A stretch of 35,587 nucleotides of DNA, taken from positions 1 through 35,587 of the forward strand of contig JAYEHJ010000091.1 in the NCBI GenBank assembly GCA_034659435.1. Reading direction: 5' to 3'. Position numbers and translations under genes: made by a program. The stretch is from Patescibacteria group bacterium. GTDB lineage: Bacteria; Patescibacteriota; Patescibacteriia; Patescibacteriales; UBA12075. The notes under the pieces are model-generated. The model saw only the letters and a list, made by a program, of their open reading frames with translations. It did no database searches and had not been told where the DNA came from. Positions 15,529-24,100 of this stretch are shown one piece after another; positions within the stretch are counted from its first letter, which is position 1; each line of letters begins with the position of its first letter.

Positions 15529-17343
15529 TTAATCTTTTACCAACTCCTCAAATTTTTCCTTCTCAATTGTTTCATTTTTTAATAATTCTTTTACAACTTT
15601 TTCAATTTTATTTTTTTTATTTTTAATGATATCTTCGGCCATTTTGGCTGCGCGGGAAATAAAGGTAAATATTTCTTCATCTATTTTTTCAGCTATTTTT
15701 TCCGAATAATCGCGTTGTTCTGTAATTTCTCGTCCCAAAAATATCATTTCTTCTTTATTGCCAAAAGTGCGCGGCCCTAAAATTTCGCTCATGCCAAAAT
15801 CGGTAATCAAACGCCGAGCGATTGAGGTGGCGCGCCTAAGGTCGGAAGTGGCGCCTGTTGTAACCTCGCCGTATTTAATTTTTTCAGTTAAATACCCTCC
15901 CAAAAGAACCGCGATTTCTTCTATATATTCAGACTTGGTGTGCATATGCTTTTCTTCTGAGGGAAGTTTTATAGTGTAGCCGCCGGCCTGGCCGCGCGCG
16001 ATAATGGAAATTTTGTGCACCGGATCGGTATTTGGCAAAAAATGCGCCACAATCGCGTGTCCGGTTTCGTGGTAAGCGGTAATGTCTTTTTCTTTTTTGG
16101 TAATAACCCGCGATTTTCTCTCAGGACCAAGCATTACTTTTTCAATCGCGTCAAAAAGCTCGCCCATATCAATAATTTTTTTATTCTTTCTTGCCGCTAA
16201 AATCGCCGCCTCATTAAGAACATTAGCTAAATCAGCTCCGCTAAATCCCGGAGTGCGCTCCGCAATCCGGCGCAAACTAACATCTTTTGCAAATGGCTTT
16301 TTTTTGGCGTGCACTTTTAAAATCGCCTGTCTTTCATTGATATCCGGATTTTCCAAAACAACTTGGCGGTCAAAACGGCCCGGGCGCAAAAGTGCTTTGT
16401 CTAAAACATCAGGGCGATTGGTCGCGGCAAGCACTATAATATTGGTATTTAGCTCAAATCCGTCCATTTCAACCAATATCTGATTTAAAGTCTGCTCCCT
16501 TTCGTCATGAGAGCCGCCAAGGCCTGCGCCGCGTTTTCTGCCGACAGCATCAATTTCATCAATAAAAACAATGCAAGGCGTATTTTTTTTGGCTTTTTTA
16601 AATAAATCGCGCACGCGGGAAGCGCCGACCCCGACAAACATTTCAACAAACTCAGAGCCGGAAATATGAAAAAACGGCACTTTTGCCTCGCCGGCCGTGG
16701 CTCGCGCCAATAAGGTTTTGCCTGTGCCGGGACTTCCAAGAAGCAAAACTCCGCGCGGTATGCGAGCGCCTAAATCCAAAAATTTTTTTGGATTGCGCAA
16801 AAATTCAACCACTTCCTTAAGCTCCTCTTTAGCCTCTTTAACACCGGCAACATCTTTAAAAGTTATTTTGTTTTTTTCATCTTTGGTAAATTCCTTGGCC
16901 TGCGACTGTCCGAACATCATCGCGCGCGAATTAGCGCCTTGCACGCCGCGCATCATTAAAAATACAAAAAGGCCTATAAGCAAAAACGGCAGTAAAAACG
17001 GCAAAAGCGTTGCCAGCCAATAATCAAAACCTTCGCCTTCTCTTACTTCAATATTTAATTCCGCGATTTTTTCTTTTTCTACTCCAAAATTATTTAATAA
17101 TTCGGATAAAGATTCGCCTGTTTCCTTTTTTACAGTTTCTTTTTTGCCGTCTTTCAAATGCATCTCTATCTTTGTGCCTTCAACAATAATTTTTTCAAGC
17201 TCATTATTGTTAATGCGAGAAATAAGAACTCCGGTGCTAACTCTTTCTGATTCTTTTTTTGGTTCGCCCATAAAATTAAACAAAGCGATAATCAAAATAA
17301 ATATTATAAAAAATATTCCAAAATTTTTAAATAAATTTTTCAT
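15529..17343 (-). CDS. ftsH: ATP-dependent zinc metalloprotease FtsH
   Basis: N-terminal TM pair, Walker [12 protein letters not shown], Walker [10 protein letters not shown], zinc site HETGHA. Confidence 0.95.
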   Translation of the reverse strand: MKNLFKNFGIFFIIFILIIALFNFMGEPKKESERVSTGVLISRINNNELEKIIVEGTKIEMHLKDGKKETVKKETGESLSELLNNFGVEKEKIAELNIEVREGEGFDYWLATLLPFLLPFLLIGLFVFLMMRGVQGANSRAMMFGQSQAKEFTKDEKNKITFKDVAGVKEAKEELKEVVEFLRNPKKFLDLGARIPRGVLLLGSPGTGKTLLARATAGEAKVPFFHISGSEFVEMFVGVGASRVRDLFKKAKKNTPCIVFIDEIDAVGRKRGAGLGGSHDEREQTLNQILVEMDGFELNTNIIVLAATNRPDVLDKALLRPGRFDRQVVLENPDINERQAILKVHAKKKPFAKDVSLRRIAERTPGFSGADLANVLNEAAILAARKNKKIIDMGELFDAIEKVMLGPERKSRVITKKEKDITAYHETGHAIVAHFLPNTDPVHKISIIARGQAGGYTIKLPSEEKHMHTKSEYIEEIAVLLGGYLTEKIKYGEVTTGATSDLRRATSIARRLITDFGMSEILGPRTFGNKEEMIFLGREITEQRDYSEKIAEKIDEEIFTFISRAAKMAEDIIKNKKNKIEKVVKELLKNETIEKEKFEELVKD

Positions 17344-17436
17344 GTATTAATAAGATTGCCGTATTATTATATTGCTTTATGCTTAAAATAATACAACAAT
17401 GCGACAATTTAACAATTAAATTAAATTACTTATTTT

Positions 17437-17465
17437 AGTATACAATATGTATTTATACTTGGCAA
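17437..17465 (-). promoter_or_regulatory. sigma70-type promoter for ftsH
   Basis: On the - strand: TTGCCA, 17 nt, TATACT. The -35 lies inside the degenerate family A remnant. Confidence 0.45.
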
Positions 17466-17506
17466 ATGCCACTAACTATAATTTATTGCTATTCGGCGGC
17501 AGTCCC
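17459..17506. repeat. family A degenerate/solo right end
   Basis: TTGGCAAATGCC...ATTCGGCGGCAGTCCC followed by ATTTAAA, the same flank as the 14402 end. Confidence 0.6.
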
Positions 17507-17510
17507 ATTT

Positions 17511-17551
17511 AAAAAGCCGCGGAAAATTTAAAAATTTTTCCGCGGCTTTTT
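17511..17551 (-). terminator. rho-independent terminator after rpsA (bidirectional palindrome)
   Basis: AAAAAGCCGCGGAAAAATTT/AAAAATTTTTCCGCGGCTTTTT. Confidence 0.75.
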
Positions 17552-17579
17552 ATTTTCAGAATTTTAAAATTCCACAATC

Positions 17580-18707
17580 CTATTTTTTCACCTTCGCTTT
17601 CGCAATCTCATCAGAATAAGCCAGACCCAAGCGGTGCTCTTTCGGTTCAATTGACACGATTTCAAAATTCATTTTATCGCCTGCCTTGAATTTATCATTG
17701 ATTTTTTCTTTTGGCGCAAGCCTTATTTGGCTGATGTGCGCCAATCCGTGAATATCATCGTCAAGTTTTATAAACAGTCCGAATGGATTAATCTTAATAA
17801 TGGTTCCTTTGACGATCTGTCCGACTTTAAATTTTTCGCTAACTCCGTCCCACGGATCTTTAAGCAATTTTTTGGCGCTTAAAAATATTTTTGAATCTTT
17901 CAGATTGATTACTTCCGCCTTGATAACATCATCGACCTTATAAAGTTCGGCAGGATTGTCAATTCTCTGCCATGCCAATTCGGAAATATGGACAAGCCCT
18001 TCCAAATTTTCGCCAAAACTGATAAAAACGCCGAAATTGGTAATCGCGGTAATAGAGCCGTCAACAATCGTGCCGACTTTGTATTTGGAAATAATGTCTT
18101 TTTGTTTTTCTCCCCAAGCGTCTTTTTCCGAGAAAATAATTTTATCTTCATGCTCGTTCAAAGTCATTACTTTCACTTCAAACTCTTTGCCCGCGAAAGA
18201 TCTTAATTTTTCCAAAATCTTGCCTTTGTCGCCGCCATTAATTCTTGGATAATTCTCCGGCGCCAATTGCGAAACCGGCAAAAATCCGGCAATCTGGCGG
18301 TATTTTACCAGCAAGCCGCCCTTATTGGCATCAGCCACTTTTACTTTAATTGTATCTTTGCTTTCATGCGCGGTTCTAAGGCCTTCCCAGGCCTTTTCCT
18401 GTCCGGCATATTTAAAAGATAATTCCAATTCGCCATTTTCATTTTCCGGCTCCAAAACAGTCGCCTCAATCATGTCGCCGGCTTTAAGTCCGGCATACTC
18501 TTCATCTTCTTCGTATAATTCCGGACCGCGCACAACACCGGTCATAATTCCGTCAATATCAAGCTTTACTTCCGCTTTTGAAGCGGAAATTACCTCTCCT
18601 TTAATCAAATCTCCAGCTTGCGGAGTTTTAAATTTGTGACTATCTAATAATTTATCAAAGTCATCATGGCTTAAATTATTATTTTTGTTTTTTTTATCTT
18701 CCGGCAT
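17580..18707 (-). CDS. rpsA: 30S ribosomal protein S1 (short, four S1 domains)
   Basis: 375 aa with four repeats of the S1 OB-fold pattern (G..v.G.V....fG.fv......GlvH.Se). Confidence 0.85.
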   Translation of the reverse strand: MPEDKKNKNNNLSHDDFDKLLDSHKFKTPQAGDLIKGEVISASKAEVKLDIDGIMTGVVRGPELYEEDEEYAGLKAGDMIEATVLEPENENGELELSFKYAGQEKAWEGLRTAHESKDTIKVKVADANKGGLLVKYRQIAGFLPVSQLAPENYPRINGGDKGKILEKLRSFAGKEFEVKVMTLNEHEDKIIFSEKDAWGEKQKDIISKYKVGTIVDGSITAITNFGVFISFGENLEGLVHISELAWQRIDNPAELYKVDDVIKAEVINLKDSKIFLSAKKLLKDPWDGVSEKFKVGQIVKGTIIKINPFGLFIKLDDDIHGLAHISQIRLAPKEKINDKFKAGDKMNFEIVSIEPKEHRLGLAYSDEIAKAKVKK

Positions 18708-18855
18708 ATTTTTAAAAATTTTCCCAACAAAAAAACATATTTTAACCTTTCTCTATGTTTGAGATGAAGTTTTTTAGCCACCTCTTTAGCTAAAATCAGC
18801 TGAATACTCACTAAAAATTTATTATAGGTGTTTATTTGATTTTGATTATGGTTTT

Positions 18856-18883
18856 ATTATACAGTGTTTTTTAAAAAATGCAA
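18856..18883 (-). promoter_or_regulatory. sigma70-type promoter for rpsA (long leader)
   Basis: On the - strand: TTGCAT, 16 nt, TATAAT. Confidence 0.45.
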
Positions 18884-18930
18884 GGGAAAGTCTTGTCTCA
18901 TGGATAGAAGATATAATACATAATGTGATC

Positions 18931-18959
18931 TTGACTATAATCAATTAATTTGGTATATT
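18931..18959 (+). promoter_or_regulatory. sigma70-type promoter for tRNA-Arg
   Basis: TTGACT, 17 nt, TATATT, about 38 nt upstream of the tRNA. Confidence 0.5.
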
Positions 18960-18997
18960 ACATCTATTGCCAAATCTGTGGCAATTTTATTTTATAA

Positions 18998-19069
18998 GCG
19001 CCCATAGTTCAACGGATAGAACACCAGCCTTCTAAGCTGGTTATGGGGGTTCGATTCCCTCTGGGCGCA
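18998..19069 (+). tRNA. tRNA-Arg (anticodon TCT)
   Basis: Hand-folded cloverleaf: acceptor GCGCCCA/TGGGCGC, anticodon stem CCAGC/GCTGG, loop CTTCTAA, T-loop TTCGATT. No encoded CCA. Confidence 0.9.
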
Positions 19070-19126
19070 CATTGACAATATTAAAGCAAAAATTTATAGT
19101 TATAGATATAATATTACTAAAAATTT

Positions 19127-19675
19127 ATGCGTATTATCAATTTATTGGAAATTATATTTTTGCTTGTATTGGTTTTTTGGTTTTTCTTTTTTATAGCGCA
19201 GGCTTATAACATAATATTCAGAGGCTATGCCCCGTTTATTTCCACTAAGAAAAGTGTAATCAAAAAAATAATTGATAATATCGAGCTAGAAAATAACGCT
19301 GTTATCTGCGAGCTGGGCTGTGGGCGAGCCGGATTTTTGCGCTTTGCGCGAAAGAAATTTTCAAATTCAAAAATAATCGGCTATGAATACGCGCTGTTGC
19401 CGTTTTTTTTGGCGCAAGTCCAAAATTGGCTTGGAAAAAACAATCTTGATATTAGAAGAAATGATATATTCAAAGTCGATTTAAGCAAAACTGATTTGGT
19501 ATATTGTTTTTTAAGCGTAAAAATGATGAAATTGCTTAAAGATAAATTTTTAAAAGAATTAAAGCCGGGAGCGCAAATTGTCAGCTATCAATTCAGATTA
19601 CCGGAGTTTGAGCCGATAAAAGTTATTGCCGGAGACAAAAATACTGAGAAAATTTATTTTTATAAAATTAAATAA
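19127..19675 (+). CDS. small class I SAM-dependent methyltransferase with N-terminal TM helix
   Basis: 182 aa. Hydrophobic N-terminus LLEIIFLLVLVFWFFFFIAQA. SAM motif I ICELGCGRAGF. Confidence 0.6.
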   Translation: MRIINLLEIIFLLVLVFWFFFFIAQAYNIIFRGYAPFISTKKSVIKKIIDNIELENNAVICELGCGRAGFLRFARKKFSNSKIIGYEYALLPFFLAQVQNWLGKNNLDIRRNDIFKVDLSKTDLVYCFLSVKMMKLLKDKFLKELKPGAQIVSYQFRLPEFEPIKVIAGDKNTEKIYFYKIK

Positions 19676-19730
19676 TTCAATGTTAATCTTTAAATATTAA
19701 CATTTGTTAAATGTTAATTGTTTACATTAT

Positions 19731-19806
19731 GGTGGCTATAGTTCAACGGTTAGAACATCGGATTGTGGTTCCGATGATTCGGGTTCGATTCCCGATAGCC
19801 ACCCCA
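19731..19806 (+). tRNA. tRNA-His (anticodon GTG), with G-1 and encoded CCA
   Basis: G(-1)+GTGGCTA/TAGCCAC+C73, anticodon loop TTGTGGT, T-loop TTCGATT, CCA at 19804-19806. Confidence 0.9.
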
Positions 19807-19822
19807 GCGAGATTTTAAAAAC

Positions 19823-19849
19823 AAAAACAGGCGAATAAGCCTGTTTTTG
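19823..19849 (+). terminator. terminator after tRNA-His
   Basis: AAAAACAGGC-GAATAA-GCCTGTTTTTG. Confidence 0.75.
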
Positions 19850-19876
19850 TTATGTTATATATGTAGCAAAGATTTT

Positions 19877-19924
19877 ATGGGACTGTCGCCGAATGCCAAA
19901 ACCGGCATTCGGCGACAGTCCCAT
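19877..19924. repeat. family A short form: perfect 21-bp-stem palindrome
   Basis: ATGGGACTGTCGCCGAATGCC-AAAACC-GGCATTCGGCGACAGTCCCAT. Confidence 0.9.
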
Positions 19925-19966
19925 ATGAAATGAATTATGTCAACGTGTTGTACGAGATGTATCTAA

Positions 19967-20097
19967 GGGAGGTGAATTTGGGAAAAACTCGAGCCGAGAG
20001 TTTTTCCGCTTATTCCGTGCTAGGCGAGGGTCGGCGGAACGGAGTGAAGCGAAAGCGCAGCATCCCCGTAGCGTTTTCTTTCAAATTATATTTGTAA
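19967..20097 (+). other. GC-rich structured island: strong SD plus a 39-codon basic ORF, or an unclassified structured RNA
   Basis: GGGAGGTGA (19967-19975), then TTG 19978 to TAA 20095-20097. Perfect 10-bp hairpin GGAAAAACTC-GAGCCGA-GAGTTTTTCC at 19981-20007. Visibly more G+C-rich than its flanks. Confidence 0.3.
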
Positions 20098-20121
20098 ATT
20101 TATAATATGCAGCCACAAAAT

Positions 20122-20151
20122 TTGACAAACCCTGGAAATTTATGATATATT
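20122..20151 (+). promoter_or_regulatory. sigma70-type promoter for nusA
   Basis: TTGACA, 18 nt, TATATT. Confidence 0.5.
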
Positions 20152-20235
20152 GAATTTATATTTAGGCTAGTTATCTAATTTAAGATACACTAGCTTTTTT
20201 TATACTAATTTTATTTATTAATTTACATATATTAT

Positions 20236-20263
20236 GTGTCGCGTGATATATGTTATGTGAAAT
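20236..20263 (+). repeat. 7-nt periodic array, GU flavour, 3 nt upstream of the nusA ATG
   Basis: GTGTCGC GTGATAT ATGTTAT GTGAAAT. Confidence 0.8.
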
Positions 20264-20266
20264 TAT

Positions 20267-21679
20267 ATGTCAGAATTATCAAGTGCTATCAAACATGTTT
20301 GCGAGGAAAAAGGCTTGGATATGGACGCGGTAATATCTACCATTGAATACGCTTTGGCTGCCGCTTATCGCAAGGATTTTGGGCAAAAAAATCAAAATAT
20401 TATAGTTGAATTTGATACTGAAAAAGGGACTTCAAAAGTTTATGATGTTAAAACCGTGGTTGAGGATATTTTGGAAGAAGATGAACAGGAAAAAGAAAAA
20501 ATAAAGGATGAAAAAGTAAAAAGGGGCAAAGCTCCTGATGTTAAAAAAACGGATGGTAAAAAAGATGAAAAATCGGCTGAAGATAAAAATAAAAAAGAAG
20601 AAGATAAAAAGGACGAATCCGCCACCGCTAAAAAGTCGGCGGACTTGCCCGCCATAGCTTCAGCGGCGGAAGGCGAGGAAAGAAAATTTAATCCTAAAAC
20701 TGAAATTCAGATTAGTGATGCCAAAATGCTTAAAAAAACCGCGAAAATTGATGATGAAATTAAAACCAAGCTTGAAGTGCCGGATGCTTACGGACGCATG
20801 GCAGCGCAAACCGCCAAGCAGGTAATTATTCAAAGATTGCGGGAGGCAGAGCGGGAAATGATTTTTAATGATTTTAAAGACAAAGAACACGAGGTTGTTA
20901 GCGGCGTTATTCAAAGGCGCGAAGGCCGGATTATTTTGGTTGATTTGGGCAAGTCAGTCGGCGTTATTCCGCCGGATGAGCAAATTATCGGCGAGAAATA
21001 TAATACAGGCGACAGGGTTAAAGTTTATGTTAAAGAAGTTACTTTAAAGCCTAGGGGGCCGGAAATTATTCTTTCCCGCACTTCGGAAGAAATTTTGAAA
21101 AAAATATTTTATTTGGAAATTCCTGAAATTTCCAATGGCTTAATTGAGTTCAAAAGCGTGGCGCGCGAGGCAGGGTCGAGATCAAAGGTTGCCGTTTGGA
21201 CTGATTCGGAAAATGTTGATCCAATAGGTTCCTGCGTCGGCCAGCGCGGCTCTCGAATTCAAACTATTATCAATGAGCTTGGCGGGGAAAAAGTTGATAT
21301 CATTGAATATGATGACGATCTTAGCAGATATATTTCCAATGCTTTGTCTCCGGCAAAAATCGGTAAAATTGATATGAATGAAGAGACAAAAAAAGCCACA
21401 GTTACCGTTCCCAATGATCAGCTGTCTTTGGCAATCGGCAAAAGCGGACAAAACGCGCGTCTGGCAGCCAAGCTGACCGGTTGGAAAATTGATATTGTGG
21501 AAGATAAAGAGAATCAGGAATCAGGAATTAAGAATCAAGGAGAAGCTTCGGAAGATACCAAAAATGTTGATGATGTTGAAAATGCCGAAGAGAAAAACGA
21601 TGAACAGAATAAAGAGAAAATATCAAAAGATTCTGAAAATGTTAAAGCAGGCGAAGAAAAAGATGATGAAAAAAAATAA
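20267..21679 (+). CDS. nusA: transcription termination/antitermination factor NusA (with charged insertion and acidic tail)
   Basis: NTD, then RMAAQTAKQVIIQRLREAERE, S1 domain, and KH1/KH2 (GSCVGQRGSRIQ, AIGKSGQNARLAAKLTGWKIDI). Confidence 0.9.
   Translation: MSELSSAIKHVCEEKGLDMDAVISTIEYALAAAYRKDFGQKNQNIIVEFDTEKGTSKVYDVKTVVEDILEEDEQEKEKIKDEKVKRGKAPDVKKTDGKKDEKSAEDKNKKEEDKKDESATAKKSADLPAIASAAEGEERKFNPKTEIQISDAKMLKKTAKIDDEIKTKLEVPDAYGRMAAQTAKQVIIQRLREAEREMIFNDFKDKEHEVVSGVIQRREGRIILVDLGKSVGVIPPDEQIIGEKYNTGDRVKVYVKEVTLKPRGPEIILSRTSEEILKKIFYLEIPEISNGLIEFKSVAREAGSRSKVAVWTDSENVDPIGSCVGQRGSRIQTIINELGGEKVDIIEYDDDLSRYISNALSPAKIGKIDMNEETKKATVTVPNDQLSLAIGKSGQNARLAAKLTGWKIDIVEDKENQESGIKNQGEASEDTKNVDDVENAEEKNDEQNKEKISKDSENVKAGEEKDDEKK
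21514..21541 (+). repeat. 7-nt periodic array, purine-rich flavour, in-frame in the nusA C-terminal tail
   Basis: TCAGGAA TCAGGAA TTAAGAA TCAAGGA, translated QESGIKNQG. Confidence 0.85.
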
Positions 21680-21696
21680 AAATTAATTATTTTTTT

Positions 21697-21731
21697 ATGC
21701 CGCATGTTATATGCTGCGTGTTGCGTAATTA
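21697..21731 (+). repeat. 7-nt periodic array, GU flavour, 10 nt upstream of the ppaC ATG
   Basis: ATGCCGC ATGTTAT ATGCTGC GTGTTGC GTAATTA. Confidence 0.85.
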
Positions 21732-21741
21732 TACTAAAAAT

Positions 21742-22683
21742 ATGCTTCAAAAAATTTATATTATCGGCCATAAATCGCCTGATTTGGATTCGGTCGCGGC
21801 CGCCATTAGCTATGCTGGTTTTAAAAATAAACAGGAAAATACTGATATATATATGCCAGCAATAACTGAAGATATTAATCAGATAACAAAGTTTGTTTTA
21901 GATAAATTTAATCTGGAAACGCCGAAAATTTTAAATGACGCGAACGGTAAGAAAGTTATTTTGGTTGACCACAATGAAGCCAGTCAATCTTTGGAGGGAA
22001 TTAACGCGGCGGAAATTGTAGAAATTTTAGATCATCATAAATTAAATTTTCAATATGACCGGCCGATTGCGGCTAATATTAAGCCTTGGGGCGCAACCTG
22101 TTCAATTTTAGCGCAAATGTATTTGGATAATAATATTAATATTGATAAAAATTTAGCCGGTCTTATGCTGTCAGCCATTCTTGATGATACGTTAATTACA
22201 AAATCCCCCACTTGTACGGACAAAGACAAGGAATTAATTGAAAAATTAACCGGTTTAGCGGGAATAAGCGATTGGAAAGCATACGGTCTTGAAATGTTTA
22301 AAGTAAAGTCCAGCGTTAAAGATTTTACTGATTTGGAAATAATTAAAAACGATTTTAAAGATTTTGAATTTAAAGCCGGAAAATTCGGCATCGGCCAGGT
22401 GGAAACGGTTGATTTAAGCGAGTTTGACGCGCGCGCTGAAGCTTTGTTAGCGACAATGAAAAAAATGCGCGAAAAAGAAAATTATCATAGTGTTATTTTA
22501 TTTTTTACAGATGTTATTAAAGAGTGTTCGCGATTTTTAATTGCGTCAGATAATAAAAAAAATATTGTTAAAGCGCTTGGCGGAGAATTAAAAGATAATA
22601 AAGCGTGTACTCCAAGCATTTCCGGAATTATGTCCAGAAAAAAACAAGTTGTTCCTTTAATTTCAAAAGTTTTTGATAAATAA
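21742..22683 (+). CDS. ppaC: family II (Mn-dependent, DHH-DHHA2) inorganic pyrophosphatase
   Basis: Motifs GHKSPDLDS, LVDHNE, LDHHK, DTL..KSPT and C-terminal SRKKQVVP. ATG 21742 gives the canonical N-terminus. The ORF-track start at 21697 lies in a repeat array. Confidence 0.88.
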   Translation: MLQKIYIIGHKSPDLDSVAAAISYAGFKNKQENTDIYMPAITEDINQITKFVLDKFNLETPKILNDANGKKVILVDHNEASQSLEGINAAEIVEILDHHKLNFQYDRPIAANIKPWGATCSILAQMYLDNNINIDKNLAGLMLSAILDDTLITKSPTCTDKDKELIEKLTGLAGISDWKAYGLEMFKVKSSVKDFTDLEIIKNDFKDFEFKAGKFGIGQVETVDLSEFDARAEALLATMKKMREKENYHSVILFFTDVIKECSRFLIASDNKKNIVKALGGELKDNKACTPSISGIMSRKKQVVPLISKVFDK

Positions 22684-22699
22684 TTTAATACATATTTTT

Positions 22700-24007
22700 A
22701 TGCAAGTTAAAAAAAAAGATTTAGAAAAATCACAGATAGAATTAAACGTGGAGCTAGCCCTAGATGAATTTAAGCCGTTTATTAACAAGGCGGCGAAGCG
22801 AATTTCCAAGGAAGTAAAAATTGACGGTTTTCGCTCAAAGAATATTCCTTATGAAATTTTAAAGCAGAAAATCGGCGAGATGACGATTTTGGAAGAAGCC
22901 GCGCGCGCTGCCATTAGCGCAAAACTGGAAGAATTAATCAAGAATCATGTTGACGGCGATCCGGTCGGACAGCCCAAAGTTGATATTACCAAGCTTGCTC
23001 CTGAAAATCCTTTGGAGTTTAAGGCGGTTTTAGCTTTGTTGCCTGAAGTAACCTTGGGCAAGTATAAAGATTTAAAAATTAAAACGTCAAAAGCGGAAGT
23101 TACGGACGAAGACCTAAAAAAAGCCTTGGATGAAATATTGGAAATGCGGACAAAAGAAGCTTTGGTTGAGCGTGAAGTTAAAGAGGGAGACAAAGTTTTG
23201 GCTGATTTGCAAATGTTTTTGGACAATGTGCCGATTGAAGGCGGGCAAAACAAGGATACAGTGATTATAATGGGCAAGAATTATGTTATTCCGGGTTTTG
23301 ACAAACATCTTTTAGACGCTAAAAAAAATGAAGTTAAAGAGTTTAGCCTGCCTTACCCAAAAGATCATCATATGAAAAATTTAGCCGGAAAAATGGTTGA
23401 TTTTAAAGTAACAATTAAAGATGTTTACGAACGGATTAAACCGGAATTAAACGGTGATTTAGCCAAGAGTTTTGGCTTAAATAATATTGATGAGTTAAAA
23501 GAAAATATTAAAAAAAGCATAAAAGAGCAAAAGAAAAGAGATGTTGACACGCGAGCGGAAAGGGAAATGCTGGAAAGCATAGTTGCTAAAACAAAATTTA
23601 GCGATATTGCCGAAATGCTGGTTAAGCACGAGGGCGACAAGATGCTGGCTGAACTGGAACAGACAATCGCGCGGCAAGGCGGCAAGTTTGAAGATTATTT
23701 GCAAAGCATTGGCAAGAGCAGAGAACAGCTTACTTTGGATTTGCTTCCAGACGCTGTCAAGCGCGTTAAAACATCAATGATGATCAGGGAGGTGGCTAAA
23801 CGGGAAAAAATAAAAGTCGCTAATGAAGAATTAAATAAGCAAATTGAAGATATGAAAAAACATTATAAAGACGCCGGCAGCTCTTCTCTGGAAACAAAGC
23901 AAGCCTTGGCTCAAGTTAATACTCCCGAGTACAAATCTTATATTTATAATATTTTAAGCACTCGGAAAGTGGTGGGTAAATTAAAAGAGTGGAATGTAAT
24001 TGATTGA
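22700..24007 (+). CDS. tig: trigger factor
   Basis: N-terminal ribosome-binding signature IDGFRSKNIPYEIL (GFRxGxxP type), an FKBP-like middle domain and a helical C-terminal domain. Start taken at ATG 22700 (MQVKKKDLEKSQIELNVE). Confidence 0.85.
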   Translation: MQVKKKDLEKSQIELNVELALDEFKPFINKAAKRISKEVKIDGFRSKNIPYEILKQKIGEMTILEEAARAAISAKLEELIKNHVDGDPVGQPKVDITKLAPENPLEFKAVLALLPEVTLGKYKDLKIKTSKAEVTDEDLKKALDEILEMRTKEALVEREVKEGDKVLADLQMFLDNVPIEGGQNKDTVIIMGKNYVIPGFDKHLLDAKKNEVKEFSLPYPKDHHMKNLAGKMVDFKVTIKDVYERIKPELNGDLAKSFGLNNIDELKENIKKSIKEQKKRDVDTRAEREMLESIVAKTKFSDIAEMLVKHEGDKMLAELEQTIARQGGKFEDYLQSIGKSREQLTLDLLPDAVKRVKTSMMIREVAKREKIKVANEELNKQIEDMKKHYKDAGSSSLETKQALAQVNTPEYKSYIYNILSTRKVVGKLKEWNVID

Positions 24008-24058
24008 TAAAATCAACCAAGAGTTATTGAAAATTTGGAAATAATAATTTTAAATAAA

Positions 24059-24100
24059 GCGCCCCTGACCGCATGTGAACGCGTTCAGGGGCATTTTTTA
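24059..24100 (+). terminator. terminator after tig
   Basis: GCCCCTGA...TCAGGGGC stem followed by a T-run. Confidence 0.75.

Noticed and set aside
20020-20075. Resemblance of GGAACGGAGTGAAGCGAAAGCGCAGCATCCCCGTAGCG to the 5S rRNA GAAGTGAAAC...CCGTAGCGCC segment
   Set aside because: Only short scattered matches. The rest of a 5S fold (helix I and loop A/B sequences) is absent from the flanks.
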